A DNA stretch of 64,000 nucleotides from Escherichia coli (GTDB lineage: Bacteria > Pseudomonadota > Gammaproteobacteria > Enterobacterales > Enterobacteriaceae), in the NCBI RefSeq assembly GCF_003019035.1, contig NZ_CP027447.1, one strand, 5' to 3'. Shown here in pieces: positions 48,891-61,189 of this stretch. The notes below the pieces were generated by a model. It ran no database searches, was not told the origin of the DNA, and worked only from the letters and a program-made list of their open reading frames with translations. A program made the translations under genes and the position numbers. The number at the start of each line of letters is the position of its first letter. Positions within the stretch are counted from its first letter, which is position 1.

Positions 48891-50870
48891 TCAGTGAGAT
48901 TTGACTGATTTTACCCCCAGCCAGTCAATAATCCCCTGTGCCGCATGACGTCCTTCTGCCATTGCGGTAACCACCAGATCCGCACCACGCACGGCGTCAC
49001 CACCGGCGAAGATTTTCGGATTCGTGGTCTGATAACGGTACTGGCTTTCCACATCCGCGATGATGCGGCCCCATTTGTCTACCGTTACACCGTGCGACTC
49101 CAGCCACGGCATCCCGTGCGGATTGAAGCCAAACGCCATAATCACCGCGTCGGCTGGCATGACAAATTCACTGCCTTCCACCGGCACTGGACGCCGACGC
49201 CCCTGGGCATCCGGCTCGCCAAGACGCGTACGCAGGAAACGAATTCCGCAAACGTGACCTTGCTCATTCAGCTCAAGCGCCACCGGCTGGACGTTAAATT
49301 CGAAGTTGGCCCCCTCTTCGCGGGCGTTCTTCACCTCTTTCTTCGAGCCTGGCATGTTAGCTTCATCACGACGATAAGCGCAAGTGACGTTACTCGCGCC
49401 GTGGCGAAGCGCGGTACGCACACAGTCCATCGCGGTGTCGCCGCCGCCCAGTACCACGACGTTGAGTCCGGCGGTATTGATAAACGGCTCTTCCGGTAGC
49501 TCTTCGAGTCCCATCACCTGTTTAGTGTTGGCGATGAGGAACGGCAGGGCGTCATAAACGCCCGGCGCATCTTCATTGGGTAAACCCGCTTTCATGGAAC
49601 GGTAAGTGCCTACGCCAACGAAGACCGCGTCGTATTGTTCCAAAAGCGAATCCAAAGAGACATCTTTACCCACTTCACAATTGAGTTCGAAGTGAATCCC
49701 CATCGCGCTGAAGATTTCCCGACGGCGTGCCAGCAGGGATTTATCCAGTTTGAAAGAAGGAATGCCGAAAGTGAGCAAGCCACCGATTTCTGGATGGCGA
49801 TCGTACACCGTCACCGCCACGCCATTGCGGGTCAGAACATCCGCACAGGCCAGCCCTGCCGGACCCGCACCGATAATCGCCACTCGCTTGTCCACTTTGG
49901 TGACATGGCTTAAGTCAGGACGCCAACCTTTCGCCAACGCCTGATCTGAAATGTAGCGTTCAATGTTGCCGATAGTTACTGCGCCGTGCTCATCGCGAAT
50001 AGTACAGGCACCTTCACACAAACGGTCTTGCGGGCAAACGCGTCCGGTAATTTCCGGCAGGGTGTTGGTCTGGTGAGAAAGCTCGACGGCGGCGTCGATG
50101 TTTCCGGCTTTCACCAGTTCAATCCACTGCGGAATATGGTTATGCAGCGGGCAGGTCCATTCACAAACGCTGTGCTCGCCACACTTAAGGCAACGCGAGG
50201 CTTCCCGTTGTGCCTGATCGGCACGGAATGGCAGATAAATTTCATCAAAACCGGTTTTGCGCGCTTCAATCGCCAGTTTGTCCGGCTCGCCACGCGCGGG
50301 CGTTGCCTGCATTTGCTCGACTTTACTCATTACCGGCATTTCTTGTGCCGCGGTACTGGCATGCCACGGTTGATGTTCCTGACGTGCGGTGCGTAAGCGG
50401 CGGGATTTCGCCATGCCGGAGAGTGCGGCGTCAGTGACCAGTTGCAGCGCGTCCGCCGGGCAATTTTCGACACAGGCAGGACCGTTTTCGCGCCCTGCAC
50501 AAAGGTCGCATTTATGCGCCGTGGCTTTAACTTTGCCAGCCGCAACGGGTGTCAGGACGATTTGCATCGTACCAAATGGACAGGCCACCACGCAGGATTT
50601 ACAGCCAATACACTTTTGCTGATTGACCTGAATGCTGTCATCAACGTGGCTGATTGCGCCATTAGGGCAGCTACGGGCGCAGGGCGCATCTTCACAATGG
50701 TGACAGGTCACTGCACTACGTTGCTGCTGATGTTTGATAACCGTAATTCGGGGATGAAAATGGTGTTGGCTCAGGACATGTTGCTCATCATTGTGAGCCA
50801 TGACACAGGCGATTTCACAAGCATGACAACCCAGACATTGCTGACTGTTGGCCATAATAAAACGATTCAT
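48891..50870 (-). CDS. aegA: Fe-S cluster oxidoreductase AegA (ferredoxin domains plus GltD-like NAD(P)H-binding domain)
   Basis: 659-aa ORF MNRFIMANSQQCLGCHACEIACVMAH...; multiple CxxCxxCxxxCP motifs and GAGPAG dinucleotide motif. Confidence 0.9.
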   Translation of the reverse strand: MNRFIMANSQQCLGCHACEIACVMAHNDEQHVLSQHHFHPRITVIKHQQQRSAVTCHHCEDAPCARSCPNGAISHVDDSIQVNQQKCIGCKSCVVACPFGTMQIVLTPVAAGKVKATAHKCDLCAGRENGPACVENCPADALQLVTDAALSGMAKSRRLRTARQEHQPWHASTAAQEMPVMSKVEQMQATPARGEPDKLAIEARKTGFDEIYLPFRADQAQREASRCLKCGEHSVCEWTCPLHNHIPQWIELVKAGNIDAAVELSHQTNTLPEITGRVCPQDRLCEGACTIRDEHGAVTIGNIERYISDQALAKGWRPDLSHVTKVDKRVAIIGAGPAGLACADVLTRNGVAVTVYDRHPEIGGLLTFGIPSFKLDKSLLARRREIFSAMGIHFELNCEVGKDVSLDSLLEQYDAVFVGVGTYRSMKAGLPNEDAPGVYDALPFLIANTKQVMGLEELPEEPFINTAGLNVVVLGGGDTAMDCVRTALRHGASNVTCAYRRDEANMPGSKKEVKNAREEGANFEFNVQPVALELNEQGHVCGIRFLRTRLGEPDAQGRRRPVPVEGSEFVMPADAVIMAFGFNPHGMPWLESHGVTVDKWGRIIADVESQYRYQTTNPKIFAGGDAVRGADLVVTAMAEGRHAAQGIIDWLGVKSVKSH

Positions 50871-51075
50871 AACGACCTTCTTTTTTGGTTGTAAAAACCT
50901 TATTCTTTATATGAGTGTTGTTATTACCCGACTTACAGGGGAATCGGCAATGTTCATGTGCCCAGAATAAGTCACTATTTCGCTATAAACTGTGGCAGAT
51001 CAAATAATCCCATCACTGACTAAATTGCGTTTCAGCGAACTGGAACATTAATGATTTTTTGTGGAGAAGACGCGT

Positions 51076-52776
51076 GTGATTGTTAAACGACCCGTCTCGG
51101 CCAGTCTGGCCCGGGCCTTTTTTTACATTGTGCTGCTGTCGATTCTTTCCACGGGTATCGCTCTGCTAACGCTGGCGAGCAGTTTACGCGACGCTGAGGC
51201 TATCAATATTGCCGGATCGCTGCGTATGCAGAGTTACCGCCTGGGCTACGATTTGCAAAGTGGCAGTCCACAACTCAATGCACATCGCCAGTTATTTCAG
51301 CAGGCACTGCATTCACCGGTATTAACCAATCTCAACGTCTGGTATGTGCCAGAGGCAGTAAAAACCCGCTATGCGCATCTGAATGCCAACTGGCTGGAGA
51401 TGAATAATCGGCTCAGCAAGGGCGACTTGCCGTGGTATCAGGCCAATATTAATAATTATGTTAATCAGATAGACCTGTTCGTGCTGGCTTTACAGCACTA
51501 CGCTGAACGCAAAATGCTGCTGGTGGTGGCGATTTCCCTGGCTGGCGGCATCGGTATTTTCACGCTGGTCTTTTTTACTTTGCGCCGCATACGCCATCAG
51601 GTGGTTGCCCCGCTGAATCAGCTGGTTACCGCCAGTCAGCGTATTGAACACGGACAGTTCGACTCGCCGCCGCTGGATACCAGCCTGCCGAATGAGCTTG
51701 GCCTGCTTGCAAAAACCTTTAACCAGATGTCGAGCGAGCTGCATAAATTGTACCGTTCGCTGGAGGCGTCAGTAGAAGAAAAGACCCGCGACCTCCACGA
51801 GGCCAAGCGTCGTCTGGAGGTGTTGTATCAGTGTTCGCAGGCGCTAAACACCAGCCAGATTGATGTGCATTGTTTCCGCCATATTTTGCAGATTGTTCGC
51901 GACAATGAAGCGGCTGAATATCTGGAGTTAAATGTCGGTGACAACTGGCGGATTAGCGAAGGGAAACCAAACCCGGAATTGCCGATGCAGATTTTACCGG
52001 TGACAATGCAAGAGACGGTTTACGGCGAACTGCACTGGCAAAATAGTCACGTTTCATCATCAGAACCGCTGCTTAACAGTGTTTCGTCGATGCTGGGACG
52101 CGGTTTGTACTTTAATCAGGCGCAGAAGCATTTTCAGCAGTTATTGTTGATGGAAGAACGTGCGACCATCGCCCGCGAATTGCACGACTCGCTGGCTCAG
52201 GTACTTTCTTACTTACGTATCCAGTTGACGTTACTGAAGCGTTCGATACCGGAAGATAACGCCACCGCACAAAGTATCATGGCCGATTTCTCCCAGGCGC
52301 TGAATGATGCTTATCGGCAGTTACGCGAGCTGTTAACTACTTTCCGCCTGACGCTGCAGCAGGCGGATCTCCCCTCCGCGTTGAGGGAAATGCTGGATAC
52401 GTTACAAAATCAAACCAGCGCCAAACTGACCCTCGACTGCCGTCTGCCAACCCTGGCGCTGGATGCGCAAATGCAGGTGCATTTGTTGCAAATTATTCGC
52501 GAAGCGGTGCTGAATGCGATGAAGCACGCCAACGCCAGCGAAATCGCCGTTAGCTGCGTCACCGCGCCGGATGGCAATCACACAGTCTATATTCGCGACA
52601 ACGGGATTGGCATCGGTGAACCGAAAGAACCCGAAGGCCATTATGGTCTGAATATCATGCGCGAACGCGCGGAAAGATTGGGTGGGACGCTGACTTTTTC
52701 ACAACCTTCCGGCGGCGGCACGTTAGTGAGTATTAGCTTTCGCTCCGCGGAGGGTGAGGAAAGTCAGCTGATGTAA
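51076..52776 (+). CDS. narQ: Nitrate/nitrite sensor histidine kinase NarQ
   Basis: ORF track 51061..52776 trimmed to GTG start (M)IVKRPVSASLARAFFYIVLLSIL; 566 aa; HAMP and His-kinase motifs. Confidence 0.9.
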   Translation: MIVKRPVSASLARAFFYIVLLSILSTGIALLTLASSLRDAEAINIAGSLRMQSYRLGYDLQSGSPQLNAHRQLFQQALHSPVLTNLNVWYVPEAVKTRYAHLNANWLEMNNRLSKGDLPWYQANINNYVNQIDLFVLALQHYAERKMLLVVAISLAGGIGIFTLVFFTLRRIRHQVVAPLNQLVTASQRIEHGQFDSPPLDTSLPNELGLLAKTFNQMSSELHKLYRSLEASVEEKTRDLHEAKRRLEVLYQCSQALNTSQIDVHCFRHILQIVRDNEAAEYLELNVGDNWRISEGKPNPELPMQILPVTMQETVYGELHWQNSHVSSSEPLLNSVSSMLGRGLYFNQAQKHFQQLLLMEERATIARELHDSLAQVLSYLRIQLTLLKRSIPEDNATAQSIMADFSQALNDAYRQLRELLTTFRLTLQQADLPSALREMLDTLQNQTSAKLTLDCRLPTLALDAQMQVHLLQIIREAVLNAMKHANASEIAVSCVTAPDGNHTVYIRDNGIGIGEPKEPEGHYGLNIMRERAERLGGTLTFSQPSGGGTLVSISFRSAEGEESQLM

Positions 52777-52939
52777 TGCCTCTTATTGACCAAAGAATAG
52801 TGGCACTTAAGGTTCAGTATAAAAGGGCATGATAATTTACATTAACTCCTTTTTTTCTCCACGATTGGCTCGTACCTTGCCGCTACAGTGAAGCAAGTCA
52901 TGCCTACAACGATACGCAGAAACACGAGGTCCTCTTTTA

Positions 52940-55900
52940 ATGGCGAATTTCTTTATTGATCGCCCCATTTTTGCCTGGGTGCTGGCAATCCTGTTGTGTC
53001 TGACAGGTACCCTGGCGATTTTTTCATTGCCCGTTGAACAATACCCCGATCTCGCGCCACCGAATGTGCGAGTGACCGCTAACTATCCCGGCGCATCGGC
53101 CCAGACGCTGGAAAACACCGTGACCCAGGTTATCGAGCAAAATATGACCGGCCTCGATAATCTGATGTATATGTCATCTCAGAGCAGCGGCACCGGTCAG
53201 GCATCTGTCACGTTAAGTTTTAAAGCAGGCACCGATCCGGACGAAGCCGTGCAGCAAGTACAAAACCAGCTACAATCAGCCATGCGAAAGTTACCGCAGG
53301 CGGTGCAAAATCAGGGCGTGACGGTGCGTAAAACCGGCGATACCAACATTCTGACCATTGCCTTCGTCTCTACCGATGGTTCGATGGATAAACAGGATAT
53401 TGCCGATTATGTTGCCAGTAATATTCAGGACCCGTTAAGCCGCGTGAATGGCGTCGGGGATATCGATGCCTATGGTTCGCAATATTCCATGCGTATCTGG
53501 CTGGACCCGGCGAAACTCAACAGTTTCCAGTTGACGGCTAAAGATGTCACCGATGCCATTGAATCACAGAACGCGCAGATTGCGGTTGGGCAACTTGGTG
53601 GTACGCCTTCCGTCGATAAGCAGGCGCTCAACGCCACCATTAACGCCCAGTCACTGCTGCAAACACCAGAACAGTTCCGCGATATCACCTTGCGGGTGAA
53701 TCAGGACGGCTCAGAGGTAAGGCTGGGCGATGTCGCCACCGTCGAAATGGGGGCGGAAAAATACGATTATCTTAGCCGCTTCAATGGTAAGCCAGCCTCC
53801 GGGCTGGGGGTAAAACTGGCCTCCGGCGCGAACGAAATGGCGACAGCGGAGCTGGTGCTCAATCGTCTCGACGAGCTGGCGCAGTATTTCCCGCACGGAC
53901 TGGAATACAAGGTGGCGTATGAAACCACCTCGTTTGTTAAAGCCTCCATTGAAGACGTGGTGAAAACGCTGCTGGAAGCTATCGCTCTGGTTTTCCTCGT
54001 TATGTATCTGTTCCTGCAAAACTTCCGCGCCACGCTGATACCCACTATCGCCGTGCCGGTGGTGTTGATGGGAACCTTCTCCGTACTTTATGCCTTCGGT
54101 TACAGCGTCAACACCTTAACCATGTTCGCGATGGTGCTGGCGATCGGTCTGCTGGTGGATGATGCCATCGTGGTGGTGGAAAACGTCGAACGTATTATGA
54201 GTGAGGAAGGACTCACTCCTCGCGAAGCCACACGTAAATCGATGGGGCAGATCCAGGGGGCACTGGTCGGGATTGCGATGGTGCTTTCGGCGGTATTTGT
54301 ACCAATGGCCTTCTTCGGCGGCACCACCGGTGCCATCTATCGCCAGTTCTCTATTACCATTGTTGCAGCGATGGTGCTGTCAGTACTGGTAGCGATGATC
54401 CTCACTCCGGCTCTGTGTGCCACGCTACTTAAGCCACTGAAAAAAGGTGAGCATCACGGGCAAAAAGGCTTTTTTGCCTGGTTTAACCAGATGTTTAACC
54501 GCAACGCCGAACGCTACGAAAAAGGGGTGGCGAAAATTCTCCACCGTAGCCTGCGCTGGATTGTGATTTATGTCCTGCTGCTTGGCGGCATGGTGTTCCT
54601 GTTCCTGCGTTTGCCGACGTCGTTCTTGCCACTTGAAGACCGTGGCATGTTTACTACCTCGGTACAGTTGCCCAGCGGTTCAACCCAACAACAGACCCTG
54701 AAAGTCGTTGAGCAAATCGAGAAATACTACTTCACCCATGAAAAAGACAACATCATGTCGGTGTTTGCCACTGTTGGTTCTGGCCCTGGGGGTAACGGGC
54801 AAAACGTGGCGAGAATGTTTATCCGCCTGAAAGACTGGAGCGAACGCGACAGTAAGACCGGCACCTCGTTTGCCATTATCGAGCGTGCAACGAAGGCGTT
54901 TAACAAGATTAAAGAAGCTCGCGTTATCGCCAGCAGCCCGCCAGCAATTAGCGGTCTTGGTAGTTCTGCAGGTTTTGATATGGAGTTGCAGGACCACGCT
55001 GGAGCGGGTCACGATGCGCTGATGGCAGCACGTAACCAGTTGCTGGCGCTGGCGGCGGAAAACCCGGAGCTAACCCGTGTGCGCCATAACGGCCTCGACG
55101 ACAGTCCGCAGTTGCAGATTGATATCGACCAGCGTAAAGCTCAGGCGCTGGGCGTTGCTATCGACGATATTAACGACACACTGCAAACCGCCTGGGGTTC
55201 GAGCTATGTGAATGACTTTATGGATCGCGGTCGCGTGAAGAAAGTCTATGTGCAGGCAGCTGCGCCGTATCGCATGCTGCCAGATGACATCAATCTCTGG
55301 TATGTCCGAAATAAAGATGGCGGCATGGTGCCCTTCTCTGCTTTCGCGACCTCACGCTGGGAGACAGGCTCGCCGCGTCTGGAACGCTATAACGGATATT
55401 CTGCGGTTGAGATTGTTGGGGAAGCCGCACCAGGAGTCAGTACCGGTACGGCGATGGATATTATGGAATCGTTAGTGAAGCAGTTGCCAAACGGCTTTGG
55501 TCTGGAGTGGACGGCGATGTCGTATCAGGAGCGGCTTTCCGGCGCGCAGGCTCCGGCGCTGTACGCCATTTCCTTGCTGGTGGTATTCCTGTGTCTTGCG
55601 GCGTTGTATGAAAGCTGGTCGGTGCCGTTCTCGGTAATGCTGGTCGTGCCGCTGGGGGTTATCGGCGCGCTGCTGGCAACCTGGATGCGCGGGCTGGAAA
55701 ACGACGTTTACTTCCAGGTGGGCCTGTTAACGGTCATTGGTTTATCGGCGAAAAACGCCATCCTGATCGTCGAGTTTGCTAACGAGATGAACCAAAAAGG
55801 CCACGACCTGTTTGAAGCGACGCTCCACGCCTGCCGTCAGCGTTTACGCCCGATTCTGATGACTTCGCTGGCATTTATCTTCGGCGTATTGCCAATGGCA

Positions 55901-56053
55901 ACCAGCACGGGTGCCGGTTCCGGTGGTCAGCATGCGGTGGGTACTGGCGTAATGGGCGGGATGATTTCGGCCACTATTCTGGCTATTTACTTCGTGCCGC
56001 TGTTCTTTGTGCTGGTGCGCCGCCGCTTCCCGCTGAAGCCGCGCCCGGAATAA
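52940..56053 (+). CDS. acrD: RND-family aminoglycoside efflux pump AcrD
   Basis: 1037-aa [58 protein letters not shown]... Confidence 0.95.
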   Translation: MANFFIDRPIFAWVLAILLCLTGTLAIFSLPVEQYPDLAPPNVRVTANYPGASAQTLENTVTQVIEQNMTGLDNLMYMSSQSSGTGQASVTLSFKAGTDPDEAVQQVQNQLQSAMRKLPQAVQNQGVTVRKTGDTNILTIAFVSTDGSMDKQDIADYVASNIQDPLSRVNGVGDIDAYGSQYSMRIWLDPAKLNSFQLTAKDVTDAIESQNAQIAVGQLGGTPSVDKQALNATINAQSLLQTPEQFRDITLRVNQDGSEVRLGDVATVEMGAEKYDYLSRFNGKPASGLGVKLASGANEMATAELVLNRLDELAQYFPHGLEYKVAYETTSFVKASIEDVVKTLLEAIALVFLVMYLFLQNFRATLIPTIAVPVVLMGTFSVLYAFGYSVNTLTMFAMVLAIGLLVDDAIVVVENVERIMSEEGLTPREATRKSMGQIQGALVGIAMVLSAVFVPMAFFGGTTGAIYRQFSITIVAAMVLSVLVAMILTPALCATLLKPLKKGEHHGQKGFFAWFNQMFNRNAERYEKGVAKILHRSLRWIVIYVLLLGGMVFLFLRLPTSFLPLEDRGMFTTSVQLPSGSTQQQTLKVVEQIEKYYFTHEKDNIMSVFATVGSGPGGNGQNVARMFIRLKDWSERDSKTGTSFAIIERATKAFNKIKEARVIASSPPAISGLGSSAGFDMELQDHAGAGHDALMAARNQLLALAAENPELTRVRHNGLDDSPQLQIDIDQRKAQALGVAIDDINDTLQTAWGSSYVNDFMDRGRVKKVYVQAAAPYRMLPDDINLWYVRNKDGGMVPFSAFATSRWETGSPRLERYNGYSAVEIVGEAAPGVSTGTAMDIMESLVKQLPNGFGLEWTAMSYQERLSGAQAPALYAISLLVVFLCLAALYESWSVPFSVMLVVPLGVIGALLATWMRGLENDVYFQVGLLTVIGLSAKNAILIVEFANEMNQKGHDLFEATLHACRQRLRPILMTSLAFIFGVLPMATSTGAGSGGQHAVGTGVMGGMISATILAIYFVPLFFVLVRRRFPLKPRPE

Positions 56054-56064
56054 GCAATAAAAAA

Positions 56065-56092
56065 GGCGACATGCTAATGTGTCGCCTTTTTC
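56065..56092 (+). terminator. Intrinsic terminator after acrD
   Basis: ggcgaca-tgctaatg-tgtcgcc hairpin followed by ttttt, 12 bp after the acrD stop. Confidence 0.65.
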
Positions 56093-56151
56093 AATTTTCC
56101 GATTAAGAACCTGCTCAGCGGGTTCTTGCTGTTTGTACTTTGTCTCAGGAA

Positions 56152-56211
56152 TTACTTACGAAGCATAACTTCGATAAAGTCTTTCCAGTTCCCCAGTTCA
56201 CGTTCAATCAT
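56152..56211 (-). CDS. ypfM: Small protein YpfM (19 aa)
   Basis: Reverse-strand ATG at 56209-56211 translates to MIERELGNWKDFIEVMLRK-stop, matching the YpfM sequence as I recall it; below the ORF-track length cut-off. Confidence 0.6.
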   Translation of the reverse strand: MIERELGNWKDFIEVMLRK

Positions 56212-56573
56212 AACAACCTCTCTTATAATTATGGGTATTCTACGGAAACAATATACCGTGGTGAAGCTAATTTACTCGATTGCTGCGATGACTACCTCCG
56301 GGGGACAAACCTTATGTAAATACTATGGTCCTGCGGTGATAATTTGTATGTGATACACAGCAACATTTCGAGATATTCATACGGCATCTAATACTGATTT
56401 AATTCTGGTTAAAATACAGACAGATAACAAGATGAATATTCTTAATGTTTACGTTAAAAATGTTTAATGTTATTTAATAGTTGTTAATTTGAATACTTCG
56501 ATAATGTTATATTTCCTGATAATCATTTGCAGGCAAAATGTTTTCACCCTTAAATGAGTATTTATTCTCATAA

Positions 56574-56948
<375 letters not shown>

Positions 56949-56951
56949 TCT

Positions 56952-58079
56952 ATGTCGTGCCCGGTTATTGAGCTGACACAACAGCTTATTCGCCGCCCTT
57001 CCCTGAGTCCTGATGACGCAGGATGCCAGGCTTTGTTGATTGAACGTTTGCAGGCGATCGGTTTTACCGTTGAACGCATGGACTTTGCCGATACGCAGAA
57101 TTTTTGGGCATGGCGTGGGCAGGGTGAAACGTTAGCCTTTGCCGGGCATACCGACGTGGTGCCGCCTGGCGACGCCGACCGTTGGATCAATCCGCCGTTT
57201 GAACCCACCATTCGTGACGGCATGTTATTCGGGCGCGGTGCGGCAGATATGAAAGGCTCGCTGGCGGCGATGGTGGTAGCGGCAGAACGTTTTGTCGCAC
57301 AACATCCCAACCATACGGGGCGACTGGCATTTCTGATCACCTCTGATGAAGAAGCCAGTGCCCACAACGGTACGGTAAAAGTCGTCGAGGCGTTAATGGC
57401 ACGTAATGAGCGTCTCGATTACTGCCTGGTCGGCGAACCGTCGAGTATCGAAGTGGTAGGTGATGTGGTGAAAAATGGTCGTCGCGGATCATTAACCTGC
57501 AACCTTACCATTCATGGCGTTCAGGGGCATGTTGCCTACCCGCATCTGGCTGACAATCCGGTACATCGCGCAGCACCTTTCCTTAATGAATTAGTGGCTA
57601 TTGAGTGGGATCAGGGCAATGAATTTTTCCCGGCGACCAGTATGCAGATTGCCAATATTCAGGCGGGAACGGGCAGTAACAACGTTATTCCGGGTGAACT
57701 GTTTGTGCAGTTTAACTTCCGCTTCAGCACCGAACTGACTGATGAGATGATCAAAGCGCAGGTACTTGCCCTGCTTGAAAAACATCAACTGCGCTATACG
57801 GTGGATTGGTGGCTTTCCGGGCAGCCATTTTTGACCGCACGCGGTAAACTGGTGGATGCGGTCGTTAACGCGGTTGAGCACTATAATGAAATTAAACCGC
57901 AGCTACTGACCACAGGCGGAACGTCCGACGGGCGCTTTATTGCCCGCATGGGGGCGCAGGTGGTGGAACTCGGGCCGGTCAATGCCACTATTCATAAAAT
58001 TAATGAATGTGTGAACGCTGCCGACCTGCAGCTACTTGCCCGTATGTATCAACGTATCATGGAACAGCTCGTCGCGTGA
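56952..58079 (+). CDS. dapE: Succinyl-diaminopimelate desuccinylase
   Basis: 375-aa [41 protein letters not shown]...; M20 peptidase motifs. Confidence 0.95.
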
Positions 58080-58106
58080 TGAGTGGTTCCGCAAGAGGAA
58101 ATAAGC

Positions 58107-58307
58107 ATGGACTGGCTGGCTAAATATTGGTGGATTCTGGTGATTGTCTTTTTGGTAGGCGTCCTGCTGAACGTGATTAAAGATCTCAAGCGCGTCGACC
58201 ATAAGAAATTTCTCGCCAACAAGCCGGAGCTTCCCCCGCATCGTGATTTCAACGATAAGTGGGACGATGACGACGACTGGCCGAAAAAGGATCAACCGAA
58301 GAAGTAA
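58107..58307 (+). CDS. ypfN: Small membrane protein YpfN
   Basis: ORF track 58083..58307 trimmed to [27 protein letters not shown] (single TM helix) with acidic tail; 66 aa. Confidence 0.75.
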
Positions 58308-58314
58308 GCTAAGT

Positions 58315-58377
58315 GGCCGGATAAGGCGTTAACGCCGCATCCGGCCATGATGCCTGATACAGTCTTATCAGACCTAC
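58315..58377. repeat. REP element cluster (BIME-like) between ypfN and ypfH
   Basis: ggccggataaggcgttaacgccgcatccggcc followed by tgcctgatacagtcttatcagacctac. Confidence 0.65.
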
Positions 58378-58387
58378 CCGGCTATTA

Positions 58388-59086
58388 TTACATCATTTCA
58401 ATCACATCATCATCGCCAGGCTTACCGCCGCTTAGCGCTTCGTCGAAATAATGTTTCGGAATGGTATAACGCAAGTGATCCAGAGCAAATTGCATACTGC
58501 GATTGTCGATCGCATGGCCTAAATCCTCCACGATATCCAGCGTCACGTCACCACCGGCACTGATTAACGCTTCCTGCGCCGCAACCGCATGCGCCAGATC
58601 GATAACCGGATCTTCACCGCCATGAATCAGGTGAATTGTCGTGGCTGTAGACGCAGTTTCCGGCAGGCTCGCATACCGTCCGTTAAAGGCAATGACGCGT
58701 GAGGCAAGGCCCGGTTCGGCTTTAATGCTCTCCAGCGCCATAATCGCGCCTTGAGAGAAACCGATTAGCGCCGTGGCGTTAGCCCCTACTCCGCTCTGTT
58801 TCTGCCAGTAGCGCACCGTTTCAATAAACGTCGGCATGATGGCATCCACACGCGCCTGGCGATTATCTTCCGTAATACCCTGCACCGAAAACCACTGACG
58901 CCCCGCCGGATTACCGCTCGGCTCCGCGCCTCCGACACTCACCACCAGCGCATCAGGAAATAGCGGCGCAAACCAGCTGCCTATTTCCCCCATTGCCACC
59001 GGGTTATCCCCGACACCGTGGAAAAGCAGTAACAACTGTTGCGCAGGTTTATCCGGGCTTTGAACAACAAAATGGTCATGTTTCAT
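58388..59086 (-). CDS. ypfH: Alpha/beta-hydrolase fold esterase YpfH
   Basis: ORF track 58388..59110(-) trimmed to MKHDHFVVQSPDKPAQQLLLLFHGVGDNP; GFSQG nucleophile elbow; 232 aa. Confidence 0.85.
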   Translation of the reverse strand: MKHDHFVVQSPDKPAQQLLLLFHGVGDNPVAMGEIGSWFAPLFPDALVVSVGGAEPSGNPAGRQWFSVQGITEDNRQARVDAIMPTFIETVRYWQKQSGVGANATALIGFSQGAIMALESIKAEPGLASRVIAFNGRYASLPETASTATTIHLIHGGEDPVIDLAHAVAAQEALISAGGDVTLDIVEDLGHAIDNRSMQFALDHLRYTIPKHYFDEALSGGKPGDDDVIEMM

Positions 59087-59159
59087 GGCGAACTCCTTAA
59101 CTGATGTCATTAATTTTACGCCGCTGACTCACAATGACCATGGGAGAAAATTGAAGGAG

Positions 59160-61175
59160 TCAGTGAAAAAATTGCCATTGCGTTATGCGATCGCGCAAAC
59201 GCTCAGTGCGAACATCATCAAGTGCGTATAGCGCCTGCGCGGCCTCTTCCCGCTGACGGACCAGTAACAGCTTACGGCCTGAAAGTTTAAGTGTGGTACA
59301 TAACTGCGCGTCACTGGCGTTTTTCTGTAAACGCCCACGCAGCGCCGGTAATGCCATTTCGCTGGTTTGTAACAGACGCATTAAGCAACCTAACGACGTT
59401 AATAGCGGACGATGAGCGAAAGCAAAACCGGCCAGTTCAAGCCAGTCGTCGTCAGAAAGGACGGCATCATTTAGTGGATCAACAGGGAGCGTTTCGCCAT
59501 TCCACTTTGCGAGAGCTTGCGCATCGCGACGTAAACGGTAATGCTCACGTTCAGCCAGCTGTTTACCCGCATCACTCATCGGTAACAGCGCCATCGCCGT
59601 ATAGCAACCGCTGCTGGCTTCACGATGATTACCCATTCGCACCAGCACAAAACCGCAGCGTTGCCAGAAACGCCATAATTCCCCGGTGTAACCAAAACTC
59701 ACCGAAAGATAGTCGAGGTCATGCGTATATTGCAAAGCACCAGCAATCAGTTGCTGACCTGTGCCTTCCCGCTGACGAGCCGGATGAACTGCTATCCGGC
59801 TAACCCGCCGTCCACGCAATGTCGCCGCCAGTGGATTGCTGCCGTGCGCCGCCAGCGACTGGGCCACCAGATTACCCCGCGGGCGACGAAAACCTGCCCA
59901 TACCGCCTGACTGAGTTCTTGAGATAATCCGCCCTCATCCACCAGCCACAGCGCCCCGGCAATCGCGTTTTCGCCAGCCGCCTGTAAAAAATGTTGCCCT
60001 GGTGCATCCATCATGCGGCGTAAATCCAGCGGCGAAGTCCGGTAGTGCGCACCAGACAATAATTGATAAACCTTTAACGGCGTTTGTGGCTCGCTTCGCC
60101 ATAACGTCTGTTCAAATGCGGAAATGACGATATTGCCTTGTGGTGTGTGGGTGAAGTTTTCATCGTCAAAAACCAGTGCCTCACTAACCATTTTTTCCAG
60201 CGGGCATCCCTGTGCCCAGCGGATCGGCTGTTGCAGTTCAAAACGGTGTAAATGCGGAAAGCGAGCGCAAAATTTCAGCAAAAAACCACGTCCCGTGCCT
60301 TCGTAGCCCTGCACCGTAGTGGTTAACAACGTTCGAGGAAAACGCGATACCAGTTGATGCAACAACGGCGCAGGTATGGCTGCGGCTTCATCGACCACCA
60401 GCCAGTCGGCTTGCTCATCGCTGGCTAACAAGGCATCCGGCGCAATAAAGCGAAACTTCTCGCCCGCAAATTGTGCCAGTACATACGTTGCCGCTTTTGC
60501 GGGCGCGGTGACAATCGTACTACCCGCAATACGAGAAATGAGTTGCCCTGCCAGCGCCGATTTACCGCGCCCACGCGCAGCCGTTACCACCGCCACGCCC
60601 AATGGCATGGTCAGTAGCTGCTGTAAGAGTTGCTGTTGTTCTGGCTGTGGTGCGCCGGTCGCGGGGTGCCAGTCAGTACGGGGAGTAAAATGCGCCAACG
60701 TGAACGGCTGGTTCTGCCGCCAGAGGATAGCGTCGTTATTCGCCGTAAGTACGCGTTTGAGATGCTGGACAAAATGCGGCGTCGCAATAGGGTCAGGGCA
60801 ATCACTCCAGCGCAGCGAGTCGGCATCAGGTTGGTTTTCCCACTCTTCCCATACAGGGAGTAACAACACCAGCCAGCTTCCCGCTTTCAACGTTCCGCTA
60901 AGTGCCGCAAAGGCAGCGGCATCAAAGCCGTGGCGGGCGTCGAATACCGCATGCCGGAACTCGCGCCCAAGTAAAGTTTGTAGCGCCGAGGGAGAACAGT
61001 GGTTTTCAGCATCTGGCTGCGGCGAAATCCACAGCCAGTCGCCAGGTAAGGCATCACGCAACTTAAGCGCATGATCAAAACACCAACCCTCTTCCCCGCT
61101 CAACACCAGCAAGCGGCGGATCCCTTCACGTTTCATTTGCGCTGTTAATGTGTGAAGCGCAGTCAGTTCAGCCAT
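59160..61175 (-). CDS. tmcA: tRNA(Met) cytidine acetyltransferase TmcA
   Basis: 671-aa ORF MAELTALHTLTAQMKREGIRRLLVLSGEEGWCFDH...; Walker A GRGKSA and C-terminal GNAT domain. Confidence 0.9.
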   Translation of the reverse strand: MAELTALHTLTAQMKREGIRRLLVLSGEEGWCFDHALKLRDALPGDWLWISPQPDAENHCSPSALQTLLGREFRHAVFDARHGFDAAAFAALSGTLKAGSWLVLLLPVWEEWENQPDADSLRWSDCPDPIATPHFVQHLKRVLTANNDAILWRQNQPFTLAHFTPRTDWHPATGAPQPEQQQLLQQLLTMPLGVAVVTAARGRGKSALAGQLISRIAGSTIVTAPAKAATYVLAQFAGEKFRFIAPDALLASDEQADWLVVDEAAAIPAPLLHQLVSRFPRTLLTTTVQGYEGTGRGFLLKFCARFPHLHRFELQQPIRWAQGCPLEKMVSEALVFDDENFTHTPQGNIVISAFEQTLWRSEPQTPLKVYQLLSGAHYRTSPLDLRRMMDAPGQHFLQAAGENAIAGALWLVDEGGLSQELSQAVWAGFRRPRGNLVAQSLAAHGSNPLAATLRGRRVSRIAVHPARQREGTGQQLIAGALQYTHDLDYLSVSFGYTGELWRFWQRCGFVLVRMGNHREASSGCYTAMALLPMSDAGKQLAEREHYRLRRDAQALAKWNGETLPVDPLNDAVLSDDDWLELAGFAFAHRPLLTSLGCLMRLLQTSEMALPALRGRLQKNASDAQLCTTLKLSGRKLLLVRQREEAAQALYALDDVRTERLRDRITQWQFFH

Positions 61176-61189
61176 CCCTGCCCCGGAAG

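Noticed and set aside
56126-56353. 75-aa plus-strand ORF in the acrD-yffB spacer
   Set aside because: It overlaps ypfM on the opposite strand, lacks a ribosome-binding site and runs through an AT-rich non-coding tract; not called as a gene.
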